Under the pieces are notes generated by a model that saw only the letters and a list, made by a program, of their open reading frames with translations, had not been told where the DNA came from and did not search any database. From IMG/VR virus record IMGVR_UViG_2808606549_000001, positions 1-64,000 of that record: a DNA stretch of 64,000 bases. The stretch is one strand, 5' to 3'. This DNA comes from a virus (taxonomy: Duplodnaviria; Caudoviricetes). The position numbers and the translations under genes were made by a program. Below are positions 37,286 to 47,545 of this stretch, piece after piece; positions within the stretch are counted from its first letter, which is position 1, and every line of letters starts with the position of its first letter.

Positions 37286-38916
37286 TGAATAGCATCCATA
37301 TTATATTTGTCTATTATTCGAGTAATCTGATTAAAGACATCAAACTCAAATGTAATTACCGCTTTCCTTTTTTCATTGGTGTTCCTACTTATCTTCATAT
37401 GGTCAATATGTTGCAGCAACTTTGTTCGCTCGATCTTCTTTTCAATCTCCAACCCTTTAATGTCACTCTTAAGGTCAACCAATAAACCAATTTCTTTTTT
37501 TATGTCGTTTTCAGTTTGAGAGACTGACTTCAAGTGTTTTCGTTTTTCTGCGATTTTTTCATCTAATTCACTGCTTAACTGATCCAAATAATCAGAGTCA
37601 AAATTGCCCTTTATATATAGAAGAGCTGTTCTATTCTTTTCTTCCTCAAGACCCTTTATCTCTTCCTTTAGCAGTTTAATTTCCTCAGTATCGCTTTCAC
37701 TTTTCTTGTTTTCTAAATACTTAACTATTTCATCTATCTTTGATAGTCGCTCCTCTTTGACTGATAAAAACAATTCAGCAAGCATTCCATTAGCCAGGAC
37801 ATCTAACTCCATTTCAATTTGATCTGAATATACATTTACATTGTCGCAGTGCGCAGTCCCTTTATTTTTCTTGGTGGTACAATTGTAGAATGGCTTTCCG
37901 CGATCTTTGTTTCTAACATATGACGCGCCACATTCTGAACAAATAATCTTACCTGCAAACTCACTCGTTCCTTTATAAATACCCTTTTGCATTTTATGAT
38001 TGATCTTATTGTCCCGAGTCATTTGAGCTTTAACAAACTCTTCTTTTGTGATAATAGAAGGAATAGCATTCTCATGAACTATCCACTTACTTTCATCATT
38101 TATCTTTGCGAAAGTACTTTTATTAAACATGCTGCCATAGGTGTATTTTTGTCTAACTGACGCTCCATAGTATTTTTCATTGGAGAGTATCCTTTTTACG
38201 GCTGAAACAGCAAACGGCTTATTATTTCTTGTGTAGATCCCCTTGCTGGTCAGATGATTAATTATTCTCCGAACACCTATTCCTTCATTATATAATTTAT
38301 AAATTTCCCTAATGACTTCGGCCTCTTCTTCTCTTATTTCAAACTTCTGCTCTTCATCCTTGTGATACGAATATCCATAAATCCTACTGTTTGAGAATAG
38401 GTGACCTTTCTTGGCTCCTTCAATATGTCCGAACTTAACCTTATTCGATTTATCAATTGAATCCTGTTGGTCAAAGTTCAAGAACAGGTTGAGCATGAAT
38501 TCTTTACTTGGCCCATCAAACAATAAATCAATATCAAGGAAGTGTACAATAACACCTTGTTTTAGTAATTCTCTTAAAACTTCAATGACCATAACATTTC
38601 TTGCAAAACGACTAGTATTCTTTACGAAAATCATTTTGAACTTGGGAGTCCTATTGGTTGCAGAAAATATCGACCGTGACTTAGACACTTTTATCTCTTC
38701 TAATCCTGCATCTATGAGCATCCTAGTGAACTCGTCTCTTTTATTGAGGCTTGTCCCAGTTATTCCTTTGTCGGCATAAATGTCATACAGTTGATAAGCC
38801 TCATTCTTAGTTATTTCTCGCTCAAAATATGATTTTTGATTCTCATAACTGTTTTCCTGGTCTTTACTTGAGGTGCTGACGCGACAGTATGCACTTACAT
38901 ATATTTTATCTGTCAA
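37273..38916 (-). CDS. Large serine recombinase (phage integrase, SprA-like)
   Basis: YCRVST catalytic Ser; SRFARN; recombinase domain YGY; Zn ribbon CSECG...C...C; coiled coil; SD GGAGGT plus TTG at 38916. Confidence 0.93.
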   Translation of the reverse strand: MTDKIYVSAYCRVSTSSKDQENSYENQKSYFEREITKNEAYQLYDIYADKGITGTSLNKRDEFTRMLIDAGLEEIKVSKSRSIFSATNRTPKFKMIFVKNTSRFARNVMVIEVLRELLKQGVIVHFLDIDLLFDGPSKEFMLNLFLNFDQQDSIDKSNKVKFGHIEGAKKGHLFSNSRIYGYSYHKDEEQKFEIREEEAEVIREIYKLYNEGIGVRRIINHLTSKGIYTRNNKPFAVSAVKRILSNEKYYGASVRQKYTYGSMFNKSTFAKINDESKWIVHENAIPSIITKEEFVKAQMTRDNKINHKMQKGIYKGTSEFAGKIICSECGASYVRNKDRGKPFYNCTTKKNKGTAHCDNVNVYSDQIEMELDVLANGMLAELFLSVKEERLSKIDEIVKYLENKKSESDTEEIKLLKEEIKGLEEEKNRTALLYIKGNFDSDYLDQLSSELDEKIAEKRKHLKSVSQTENDIKKEIGLLVDLKSDIKGLEIEKKIERTKLLQHIDHMKISRNTNEKRKAVITFEFDVFNQITRIIDKYNMDAIHMVL

Positions 38917-38988
38917 TATTTTTACCTCCATGCATGGCAATGTATCAATTTATAAATTATATCACAAAGACAAACAAAAAAGCAGACA

Positions 38989-39123
38989 TCACATCTGCTT
39001 TGGAGTATTTTGTATTAATTGGATTATTCCATTCTTAACCTCATATGTTCCGTATGGAGTCGACACATAAAAGCAATATGGCTTCTTCTTAGGAGTTTTC
39101 CTTTTCGTTTTTTTCAACTCCAT
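38989..39123 (-). CDS. Small basic protein upstream of the integrase
   Basis: SD GAGGTG; ELKKTKRKTPKKKPYCFYV...; ends in the terminator hairpin AAAGCAGA/TCTGCTTT. Confidence 0.45.
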   Translation of the reverse strand: MELKKTKRKTPKKKPYCFYVSTPYGTYEVKNGIIQLIQNTPKQM

Positions 39124-39163
39124 CACCTCTTGCAATAACCTATTCCCCTCCGAATTTGTCCCA

Positions 39164-39703
39164 TTACTTATTGTGTTGGATTGCCTGTTCGATAAATTCC
39201 CTAAGATGATAATGATACCGTTTCGTCTTCTTTCTCCAGGCGATCTCAATGCCAACTTCTTCACATATTGAAATTGGAATGCTGCTTTTGTTTACTTTAC
39301 TTTTATATGTATGATCCTTAATTTCATTCTCTGCAACATTCTTATAAGCAACGAAGTCTTTAATTGGCACAAAGTAAACCTTATTCTCTGGCTCCCTGAA
39401 GTTAAACAGGAAACCAGAGATGACATCATCATATGTATCAGCCTTAAGCAAGTTTTCTATCTGATGCTTCTTTATGATCTTCTCGCTGAAACTAATTGAT
39501 TTATCTTTTGTTGATTTTTGTTCTAGTGTGAATAAATGACCTTTGCTGAACATCATACAATCGTATTTATTTGGAGCAACCTTTATTCGTTTTCTCAATT
39601 CAATGGGGAGACTTATGTCCTTGATTCTATTGTAAAAGATGCCTAACTTCGCACAACTACTCTCCAAATCAGATTCAAATAATTTTCCGAGATTAATAGT
39701 CAA
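39164..39703 (-). CDS. recU: RecU-like Holliday junction resolvase
   Basis: GKLFE...YDC...EQKST...HQIENL. Confidence 0.75.
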   Translation of the reverse strand: MTINLGKLFESDLESSCAKLGIFYNRIKDISLPIELRKRIKVAPNKYDCMMFSKGHLFTLEQKSTKDKSISFSEKIIKKHQIENLLKADTYDDVISGFLFNFREPENKVYFVPIKDFVAYKNVAENEIKDHTYKSKVNKSSIPISICEEVGIEIAWRKKTKRYHYHLREFIEQAIQHNK

Positions 39704-39928
39704 TCAAGCACCTTGAAATTTAGGATACCGTTCAGCAAAAGCAGCCAATGAATCTTTCAAACTGGTTTTAGTATGAAGTGAATAGTCAAGAAGTTTATCC
39801 TTGGACTTATATAGAACAGTGCATCCTTCATTCTGAGCAAGATGTTCGTTCAAAGATTTCTCCGAACGAAACGTTAAATTTACAACATCACCATTACATG
39901 TTTTATATTTAAGATAGATCCGGTTCAT
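39704..39928 (-). CDS. Hypothetical protein
   Basis: SD GGAGG plus ATG overlapping the dnaE stop. Confidence 0.55.
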   Translation of the reverse strand: MNRIYLKYKTCNGDVVNLTFRSEKSLNEHLAQNEGCTVLYKSKDKLLDYSLHTKTSLKDSLAAFAERYPKFQGA

Positions 39929-42900
39929 TTTAATATTCCTCCGTTTACTATTCTGAATTGAGTAATCCACGGTTCCTTCTCAGGAAGTACATCGAATCCA
40001 CCATTAGGATTGGGCTTTTTCTTGTTAGTGTATTCAATTCTAAGATTATTAATAATCGAGCCAACTTTGAGATTGCTATTGCTGTATTCTTTTTTATTTA
40101 ACTTTGCAACATTCTCGGTTCCATTAATCAAATTGTATATTGTTAGTCTAGGAGAATATTGCGTATTAATTTCAGTAATAACACCATGATATTCATCAAG
40201 TTCTGGATAGATAGTTTGAGCATATCCCATAACTTCTTTTTCAAATTCTATTTGTTCGTTCGGCGGGATTTTCTTTTCCTTCAGTGTTAGGAAAATCTCG
40301 GATGCTCTTTCCTTAATAATTTCTAGCCTTTTTATCTTTGTCGCGTCTTTATGTGTTTTCTTGTATGTTTCTTTTCCCGTAGAGAATAACTCAACTATTT
40401 TTAGCAGCTCATTATTTCCGCCAAACTTACTAAAGTAATTAATTTTGACAAGAATATCGAGTTGGCGTGTATTGATTGATGTATTCTCTTCAATGTCTAC
40501 TAGCAAATCTACAAATGAATCATATGATTTTTTTCCTAATTCATATAATTCTTCGGCCACTTTTACATTCATGTATTTGATACTTGAAAGGTCTGAGTAG
40601 ATTTTATTCTCATCTTCGTTTGCAACAAACATCCGATTATCATAACCAAACTTGAATCCACCATCCAAAATGCCGAATCCTCTCTGCATCTCCTCTTTTA
40701 GCGCAGAAACTTTTTCTTTATTCTTCTTTGCCGAGAAGTGTCGTAGCAAGGTCTCATAAAAATAGATGGTATGGTGACTTTTTAAATAAGCGCAGTAAAC
40801 AGAATCTAGAGCATAACTGTATGCATGGCTCGCATTGAAGCCGTAACCTGAGCTGTCTTCAATGATTTTCCATACTTGCTCACTCATCTCAAGAGCCTCA
40901 TCTAATGAGCGGTTTTCACGTTCAATTATCTTTTCGCTGAAACCCTTTAAGAATCTATCTTTTAGTGGCTTAACGACATCAGGCTTCTTCTTACTGATTG
41001 CTTTGATGATTCCATAAGTTTCATCGGTAGGGAATCCAGCATATGCAAGTGTGGCCATCGTTTGTTCTTGATATAGAACGAAAGAGTTCTTCATCTCTTC
41101 TGTCTGAATTAGATCATCGAAACTTTTGATTCCATAAGAGAAAGGTTGACGTGATTCAAAAACGTGATACATCGATTTAAAAGAAGGACGAATAGCAGCG
41201 ATAAAAGCAGTTAGTTCAGAAATGTTCTTTGGCTTATACTTTTTTACTTTTTGAGTAGTTGAATACTTTTCGACTTGGTTTATTCCTACAGTGAGTCCGT
41301 CCTCGTAAATCTTCCATACTTTTTCATTATTTTTGATTTCATCAAGTAATTCTGTTTCTGTATGAATTGGTTTGTTAATCCGCTTATATGTATCATAATT
41401 AGTTTTAACAACGTCAACTTTAAGTAAATCATTCTTGAGAAACTTAAAATATTCTGCGATTTCGCCATCAACTAAAGCGGCAAGAACTTCTTTCTTTGTT
41501 GATTCGCTTTTTAATAGAATGAGTCCGATTTCTTCTTTAATGTTACCTTGATAAAGTAAGTGTCCACATGGATGCGGCTTTTTATCAGATATGATCCCTG
41601 TGTACTTTTCACTTTCTTTAATCAAATTGTGATGCTTTTCATCTACGTAATCATAAACGTCGATAAGATCCTTTTCATCGTCTTCAGCGTATTTCAAATC
41701 AGCTTCATATTTTTCAAGTTGTTGCGATACTTCATTTGCAATTTCAAAAGGTAGGTTCTGTGATTTAGCATATAATTTAAATCCAGATTTGCGCTTGAAT
41801 GTCCCATAAGCAATCATCGGATATGAATGGCCTTCACCAAGAACTTTATTCTGTGCTTGAATGAAGACTTCTGGATTACCTAAGTTCATATCTAGGTCAG
41901 GTAATGATTTAGTTTGGAGAATCCTACTCTCGCTCATGAATCGCTCTGGATACAATTGAACAGGTGAAGCAATGCGATCTACCTGAGAGAAGCCAAGCAA
42001 AGTATTTGTATAGAACGAAACACCAGATCCTCTTCCTGTTGAGGTGATAATTCCACCCATACCTACGGCTTCTTTTACGATTTCATGGTCAATGAGAAAG
42101 TAATCAGACATCCCTGTGTTGACTACTACCTCACCTTCCTTACGAATCTCTTCGATATATTTTTGATGCTTACTCGGATCAATTTTAACTTTTACTTCTC
42201 TCCATTTCTGGTTAAGAAGTTGCTTATACTTTTGATCTCTTTCTTGCTGAGATAGTTCAGGATAAAGAGTAGGCAACTTAATTTCTTTACTGAACACCTT
42301 AATCTTATCTGAATCATAATCATCAAAATCCATAAATCGCATTGTATTCTTTATTGATGCATCAATCTGTTCCTCAGACAATACCCCTTGTTCGATAAAT
42401 CTCTTCTTCAATGTCTCTCCATCTGGATAGTCCATATACCATCCGTCTTCTTGCTCGTATCTAATTCCCTTAGCTTCAAGAACATTATCGCGGTCGATTG
42501 CTTGTTCAGGATAGATGAAGTGGCTGTCACATCCAGCAATCAGTTCGATATTCCTCTTGTTGCTGATTTGCAGGATCTTCTTATGCAATTCCTTTTGTGG
42601 CTCAGTATTATGTGCCTGAACTTCAAGCATAAAATTAGAACCGAAGTAAGAATGCAGATCAGATACAATTTTATCAATATCCTCGTAATGCCAAAAGGCA
42701 ATACATGCTGAAGTAACCAACACTTCATTAGGATCAATCGTTGAAATTAAATCTAAGTCGATTCTCGGCTTGTAATAATAGCCTGAAATATTCGCTTCCG
42801 ATAGAATACGGTTAATGTCTCTCCTACCTTTTTCAGACTTAGCGAAGATACAGATATGGGAATTCGTATTGTCCTTTTCAAATCTATCCTTAACCCAATA

Positions 42901-43113
42901 TGCTTCTGTTCCAAAGATGAACTTAAGACCATTATTTTTTGCTAAGTCATATGTCTGAAAGTATCGTCCTTGGAAGCCGTGTTCAAGGCTGCTAAGAATC
43001 TTATGATCTAATTCCTTTGTGCGTTTTACATAGTCATGAACATTTACTGCACAGTCGGGAGTATAGATGTTGGATGCATCGGTGTGCCGATGGTAGTTAC
43101 AGAAGATGCACAA
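39925..43113 (-). CDS. dnaE: DNA polymerase III alpha subunit (family C, phage DnaE)
   Basis: PHP domain (NYHRHT, DSH); GRGSG; PDLD; HPCG; YQEQ; GYGFNASHA. Confidence 0.95.
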   Translation of the reverse strand: MCIFCNYHRHTDASNIYTPDCAVNVHDYVKRTKELDHKILSSLEHGFQGRYFQTYDLAKNNGLKFIFGTEAYWVKDRFEKDNTNSHICIFAKSEKGRRDINRILSEANISGYYYKPRIDLDLISTIDPNEVLVTSACIAFWHYEDIDKIVSDLHSYFGSNFMLEVQAHNTEPQKELHKKILQISNKRNIELIAGCDSHFIYPEQAIDRDNVLEAKGIRYEQEDGWYMDYPDGETLKKRFIEQGVLSEEQIDASIKNTMRFMDFDDYDSDKIKVFSKEIKLPTLYPELSQQERDQKYKQLLNQKWREVKVKIDPSKHQKYIEEIRKEGEVVVNTGMSDYFLIDHEIVKEAVGMGGIITSTGRGSGVSFYTNTLLGFSQVDRIASPVQLYPERFMSESRILQTKSLPDLDMNLGNPEVFIQAQNKVLGEGHSYPMIAYGTFKRKSGFKLYAKSQNLPFEIANEVSQQLEKYEADLKYAEDDEKDLIDVYDYVDEKHHNLIKESEKYTGIISDKKPHPCGHLLYQGNIKEEIGLILLKSESTKKEVLAALVDGEIAEYFKFLKNDLLKVDVVKTNYDTYKRINKPIHTETELLDEIKNNEKVWKIYEDGLTVGINQVEKYSTTQKVKKYKPKNISELTAFIAAIRPSFKSMYHVFESRQPFSYGIKSFDDLIQTEEMKNSFVLYQEQTMATLAYAGFPTDETYGIIKAISKKKPDVVKPLKDRFLKGFSEKIIERENRSLDEALEMSEQVWKIIEDSSGYGFNASHAYSYALDSVYCAYLKSHHTIYFYETLLRHFSAKKNKEKVSALKEEMQRGFGILDGGFKFGYDNRMFVANEDENKIYSDLSSIKYMNVKVAEELYELGKKSYDSFVDLLVDIEENTSINTRQLDILVKINYFSKFGGNNELLKIVELFSTGKETYKKTHKDATKIKRLEIIKERASEIFLTLKEKKIPPNEQIEFEKEVMGYAQTIYPELDEYHGVITEINTQYSPRLTIYNLINGTENVAKLNKKEYSNSNLKVGSIINNLRIEYTNKKKPNPNGGFDVLPEKEPWITQFRIVNGGILK

Positions 43114-43170
43114 TTAGTTGTTACACTCCTTTCAAAAATCAGATGAAACGGCAATTTTATTGGAATTTTG

Positions 43171-43217
43171 ACACAAAATATAGATATTTCATCAAGTCAT
43201 AACACTATATATAGTGT
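43171..43217. promoter_or_regulatory. Tandem NrdR boxes upstream of dnaE
   Basis: ACACTATATATAGTGT (43202-43217, perfect palindrome fitting the NrdR consensus) and ACACAAAATATAGATA (43171-43186), 31 bp apart. Confidence 0.7.
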
Positions 43218-43220
43218 CAT

Positions 43221-43586
43221 TCACTCAACGCCGCGAATAATTTCTCTCCAATATACCCTAGTGGGATCTGGCTTTAGGCAATCAATCAAGTGTTGTGCTG
43301 CAACTTGTGGCATTGCCGTATCTCCGCAAGTGTAGACGTCGAATGAAGCAAATCCTTGAGATGGATATGTATGGATGTCATAACTTGATTCCTGAAGCAA
43401 AAACATAATAGTCACACCGTTTGGAATGAAGTGTTTTTCGATGTGTCCGAGAATAGTTGCATTCGCTTTCTCTAAAGCTTCTCTTGATAAGTCTCTTAGC
43501 ATATCGATATTGTCTAATGTACCTGCATCAACTCCCCACATATCAACATGAATTGATAATCCACGAGTCCCGTACTCTTGTTCCAA
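43221..43586 (-). CDS. speD: S-adenosylmethionine decarboxylase proenzyme
   Basis: HF.PNGVT...LQES cleavage site; IHTYP; DVYTCG; RG. Confidence 0.85.
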   Translation of the reverse strand: MEQEYGTRGLSIHVDMWGVDAGTLDNIDMLRDLSREALEKANATILGHIEKHFIPNGVTIMFLLQESSYDIHTYPSQGFASFDVYTCGDTAMPQVAAQHLIDCLKPDPTRVYWREIIRGVE

Positions 43587-43597
43587 CTATCTTCCTC

Positions 43598-43972
43598 CTA
43601 TACACTCATCTTTTCGAATCTGCCATCCGGCAATGAATACACCACGGATTTTAAGTTAAACTTCTTCAAGTATTCTTGGCAGTGTCTGCAAGGCTTCGAT
43701 AAAATGGCCTTACCGCATTTCCAACCTGCCACATACAGGATTGCACCTTTTATCTCATCTGGGTCTAATTCACATAGAACCATCAATTCAGCATGTGATT
43801 GACGGTCTTTGTAAATTGGATCGATAAGTTCTCCAGCCTTTGTTTTATTCCCTTCTACTTTTAGCAGTTTCCCTCCGACCACTAAACATGCGATATGACG
43901 GTATGGATTGTTTACTTGGTGTCTCTCTGCTTTCTTCAGACAGTAAGTTATCCATCGTTTATCCCTACTCAT
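43598..43972 (-). CDS. Zn-dependent cytidine/nucleotide deaminase-like protein
   Basis: HAE...SKPCRHC motif. Confidence 0.8.
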   Translation of the reverse strand: MSRDKRWITYCLKKAERHQVNNPYRHIACLVVGGKLLKVEGNKTKAGELIDPIYKDRQSHAELMVLCELDPDEIKGAILYVAGWKCGKAILSKPCRHCQEYLKKFNLKSVVYSLPDGRFEKMSV

Positions 43973-44236
43973 ATCAATTCCTCACATATGTATTATTTAT
44001 TTTTAATTGTCGATGAATTATTCCTTTTATCATAATTTTTTTATTCTTTAAAAATCAACTTGTCATTTATCCAGTGTGTTATATATCCCCTATCGGACTC
44101 TATGCTATTTAAACTATTTTGCAACTCTTTTGCTTTGTCATATTTCATTGTAGCTAAAAATACAATTCCGCTTCTTCCCTGAACTACATATATGGTTTCT
44201 TGATTCATTTACTCCACTCCCCATCAAATTGTTCTT

Positions 44237-45511
44237 TTATGGCCCAAAAGGATCATTGTCACCTTCGTTATCTAGCAGAAATTTATAGTCCACATAAGGA
44301 ACTTCCCTTACCACCTGACAAGCCTTTAATGTAACTGTATCATCACTAACGTCAGCAAAGTCATCGACCTCAAAGCGAACCTCAAGTAGTGCTCGATTAT
44401 CTCTTGTGCTATACGGTGACTCATTAATATTTTTTAGTTCATTGAAATATAGAACCGGAGTTCCATAGCTATAACTACTGCCTTTCGGAACTGCCCTCTC
44501 GCCAATCTTATACTCAAAGGCACTATCGTAGAAACTGAAATATTGCTCTCCGCGTTTCTCAACAAACTTATAAAGTCGCTTATTGAATAGAACTTCTCGA
44601 TGATCTACTTTTATGCCATTGGAAGGTTCTTTACTAACCTTTTTCATTCCGCCATGACCAAACAGTCGATATGTATTATTGTTAAAGATAAAGTATTTAA
44701 CTGGCTGCTTTCGGATATTATCAATCAGTTCATCAACATTCTCAATTGTCTGAGGTTCTGGAGCTTTAAAATAATCTTCACTTGTCGAAAGTTTTGAAAT
44801 GTTTTTGATTGCTTGCGAGATCGAAAACTCATCTGTATCCTTAAACATCTTATCGTAATTTTCGCCATACATTCCGCCAATGTGTTCTTTAAGTTCTGCA
44901 TAGGAAGTGATGTTAAGTCCAATGCAAGAAAGCATAACCTTCACTAGTTCAGCCTTAGAAATGTAATAACCCTTATCTCTGTATTTTTGGACTCGCAACA
45001 TTGAAACTAATGGATAGGCCGTGTTCTCGTTGTAAATCAGAATCTTTTGCGAGTTATGCTTGAAGAATTCATTGTGAAAGTAGAACAGTTCATCCTTGAA
45101 ATCAAAAGCCCCCATGCAAACCGTATAATCAAAGGTCTCAAAGATTTCATCGGCGCTATTGAAATATTTAAAGTGGATGAGTTGTACGTCTTTAGAATTT
45201 TTCCATCGGATTAGTGTTGCTTTACTCGTAGAAGCCACAAACCAACCACTACTGCTACTATAGTTTTCCTCAATAAAATCGATCAAGTCTTCCTCTTTGC
45301 GGAAGTAAACATCAATATCATTGATTTCTCGATTACACATCAGACTTGTAATGGTGCCGCCAGCGATAAAGCAGTTGTATGACTTCAGTTCAGTTACCAA
45401 ACTTTTACCTAGATGATTATATAGTTTATTCTTTTCAAATTGATACAGTTCCCGTTTCCTGACTTCCTCTTGTTTCTTCAAAATTTCATCAAGTTGGATA
45501 CCAATGCTCAA
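44237..45511 (-). CDS. Nucleotidyltransferase (Pol-beta/CCA-like) with C-terminal extension
   Basis: IAGG.I.S.....INDIDVYF...VQLI...FDYTVC. Confidence 0.7.
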   Translation of the reverse strand: MSIGIQLDEILKKQEEVRKRELYQFEKNKLYNHLGKSLVTELKSYNCFIAGGTITSLMCNREINDIDVYFRKEEDLIDFIEENYSSSSGWFVASTSKATLIRWKNSKDVQLIHFKYFNSADEIFETFDYTVCMGAFDFKDELFYFHNEFFKHNSQKILIYNENTAYPLVSMLRVQKYRDKGYYISKAELVKVMLSCIGLNITSYAELKEHIGGMYGENYDKMFKDTDEFSISQAIKNISKLSTSEDYFKAPEPQTIENVDELIDNIRKQPVKYFIFNNNTYRLFGHGGMKKVSKEPSNGIKVDHREVLFNKRLYKFVEKRGEQYFSFYDSAFEYKIGERAVPKGSSYSYGTPVLYFNELKNINESPYSTRDNRALLEVRFEVDDFADVSDDTVTLKACQVVREVPYVDYKFLLDNEGDNDPFGP

Positions 45512-45576
45512 TGTTTTATTCTCCCTTTATCATTGTATATTTGAATTTGAATTGCCATGAAATGAGACATTTATTG

Positions 45577-46305
45577 TTAGTCTTTACTAAATTGATTAAT
45601 TGTCAAATATACCAGCATATCTTTTGAAAGACCTTCTTCTTTAAGTGCTCGAATAGTCTTTACTTTCTTTATGGCGATCTTGTAATTATCCATCATTGCA
45701 ATCGAAAACGCCTCACTGAATCCTAGTTCTTTCATTAACTCAAGAAATTTGTTTCTTGCGAATATCTCATAAGAAGTATTGATACAGATATCATAATCAT
45801 TTTGATTTTCTACAAAAGGATATTGATATGAAATTCGTTCTTTTAGATCGTCGTATGTAAGTTCCTCGATAATCTCAATTTGTTTGGAAGATAATTTAGA
45901 ATCATCGTTATTAAGCCTATAACCATATTTATGATATTTTTGTGCTGACGCCGCTTTATCTGCATCAGTCTTTTTAACTAACCCTCTTACCTTAAAGTAT
46001 CTGTTTTTAAAATCCAATCCATAATAATCAAATACATTATCTAGATTCAAGCAAAAATGAAAGCCAGAGTAGCATAATCGAACAGCCCCCTCATAGGTAT
46101 ACGTCTTGCCAATTTCAAATTGAAAATCCCTACATATCATATTTTCATCCATACCCTTGTAACCTTCCACCCAAATCCATTCATCATCAACATTTTTCGT
46201 TTCTAAAGACGCCTCGTTGGATACAGATAAATTCTCATCATTGTTGGTCTTTTTTTCCTCTACCTCAATCGATGATGTTTCCACTGTCCTTTTCTTCCAA
46301 AACAT
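45577..46305 (-). CDS. Conserved phage protein (GYKG...CRDFQFEIGKTY...C.SGFHFC family)
   Basis: Recognisable phage domain of unknown function. Confidence 0.65.
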   Translation of the reverse strand: MFWKKRTVETSSIEVEEKKTNNDENLSVSNEASLETKNVDDEWIWVEGYKGMDENMICRDFQFEIGKTYTYEGAVRLCYSGFHFCLNLDNVFDYYGLDFKNRYFKVRGLVKKTDADKAASAQKYHKYGYRLNNDDSKLSSKQIEIIEELTYDDLKERISYQYPFVENQNDYDICINTSYEIFARNKFLELMKELGFSEAFSIAMMDNYKIAIKKVKTIRALKEEGLSKDMLVYLTINQFSKD

Positions 46306-46355
46306 TTTATATCGCCTCTAATTATTATTTTTTATTTCCACATGAAATCTGGTTT

Positions 46356-46514
46356 TTATGGGTTCTCAATTGCTAATATAAATCCAAGGTCGAACATGAA
46401 TACTCCAAATAACAACGTATAGTATAATGACTTATCTTTTTTGGTAATCGTAAGAATCAAAGTCAAAATGACTAAAATCAGAAGCGTTAGAGAGATTATT
46501 TGAGAAGTATTCAA
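46356..46514 (-). CDS. Small two-TM membrane protein (below the ORF-track cutoff)
   Basis: MNTSQIISLTLLILVIL...LAIENP*; SD GGGGAG; its stop lies in repeat site 46342. Confidence 0.5.
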   Translation of the reverse strand: MNTSQIISLTLLILVILTLILTITKKDKSLYYTLLFGVFMFDLGFILAIENP

Positions 46515-46535
46515 TTAGGGCTCCCCTTTTTTAAA

Positions 46536-46763
46536 TTATTCATCAACAATCTCGAATTCCCAAAACCCACTTTCGCCTTCTAGATAGTTTTCTAATTTTA
46601 AAAGGTCTTCGTCCCAGGCTTTATAATCGGGGATTTCAACATAAAAACCACCTTCATTTTTCTTCACAATTGCCAGTCTGCCATACTCTCCATCATGGAA
46701 TGGTCTTAATTTATGTTCAGCACATATATCTCGACCGTATCTGTCCTTGTATGCCGATTTCAC
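46536..46763 (-). CDS. YopX-like small protein
   Basis: KDRYGRDI...FEIV pattern. Confidence 0.45.
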   Translation of the reverse strand: MKSAYKDRYGRDICAEHKLRPFHDGEYGRLAIVKKNEGGFYVEIPDYKAWDEDLLKLENYLEGESGFWEFEIVDE

Positions 46764-46803
46764 TGATTCACCTCACAATGTCCGATAATACATTCTCTGA
46801 TTT

Positions 46804-47118
46804 TTACTCTTCCCAACAAATTGTACAGGGGAAGTTTTCATTCTTATTGATCATTTCTTTTAGTGAATACAATACTGGCTCATCCTTGCCTTCACATTCA
46901 CTACATCCATCATTGCAACACATCACCATTTCGAAATCCATTTCTTTAAGGGTTAGACGCTTGATTCTGAGTTGACAACTATCCTCTTCACCTTCGTCCA
47001 TTTCACCGAAGAATAGATTTTCGGGGTAGCAGGTTTCTTCGATGTAATGTGAAAGGGCAATGTCTGCATTCTTCGCTGCTATATATCTTTCATTTATCTT
47101 GTAAACGTTCAAAACCAT
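46804..47118 (-). CDS. Hypothetical acidic protein
   Basis: ORF with SD; overlaps the upstream gene. Confidence 0.55.
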   Translation of the reverse strand: MVLNVYKINERYIAAKNADIALSHYIEETCYPENLFFGEMDEGEEDSCQLRIKRLTLKEMDFEMVMCCNDGCSECEGKDEPVLYSLKEMINKNENFPCTICWEE

Positions 47119-47545
47119 ATCCCTCCTTTAACACTTTATCTGGAGAGGTCATAGCAATGTTCTTCGCCATTTTAGTGGCGCACTTTAAACAAATTTTCGG
47201 AGTGGCTGTATTGCTCCACATCTCTTCTACTCCACAGAATGCACAAATATATTTAGTAATTGCTGCCCCACCAATCCCACTTCGTGAATGTTGAATGGCA
47301 TAAGCCATTTTTTTCACATCGATTGGAGATTGCTTCAGTTTTATCTTCTCTTCAAGTAGACACATTACTTCGATATGTTTATTGGATTCTTGTGCAGAAA
47401 GCTCTTCCCACGACATTTCAGATCCGAACACTTCTTTTAATGTTTCTATGTAGGCATCTTTATGTCCACGTTTCTTATGCTTAATAGAATCGAGAAACCA
47501 TGTATCTAATGACAATCCTTTCACCATCCTCATGAAATTTAACAT
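47090..47545 (-). CDS. Hypothetical protein with C-terminal Zn finger
   Basis: CAFCG...CLKC. Confidence 0.6.
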   Translation of the reverse strand: MLNFMRMVKGLSLDTWFLDSIKHKKRGHKDAYIETLKEVFGSEMSWEELSAQESNKHIEVMCLLEEKIKLKQSPIDVKKMAYAIQHSRSGIGGAAITKYICAFCGVEEMWSNTATPKICLKCATKMAKNIAMTSPDKVLKEGYGFERLQDK

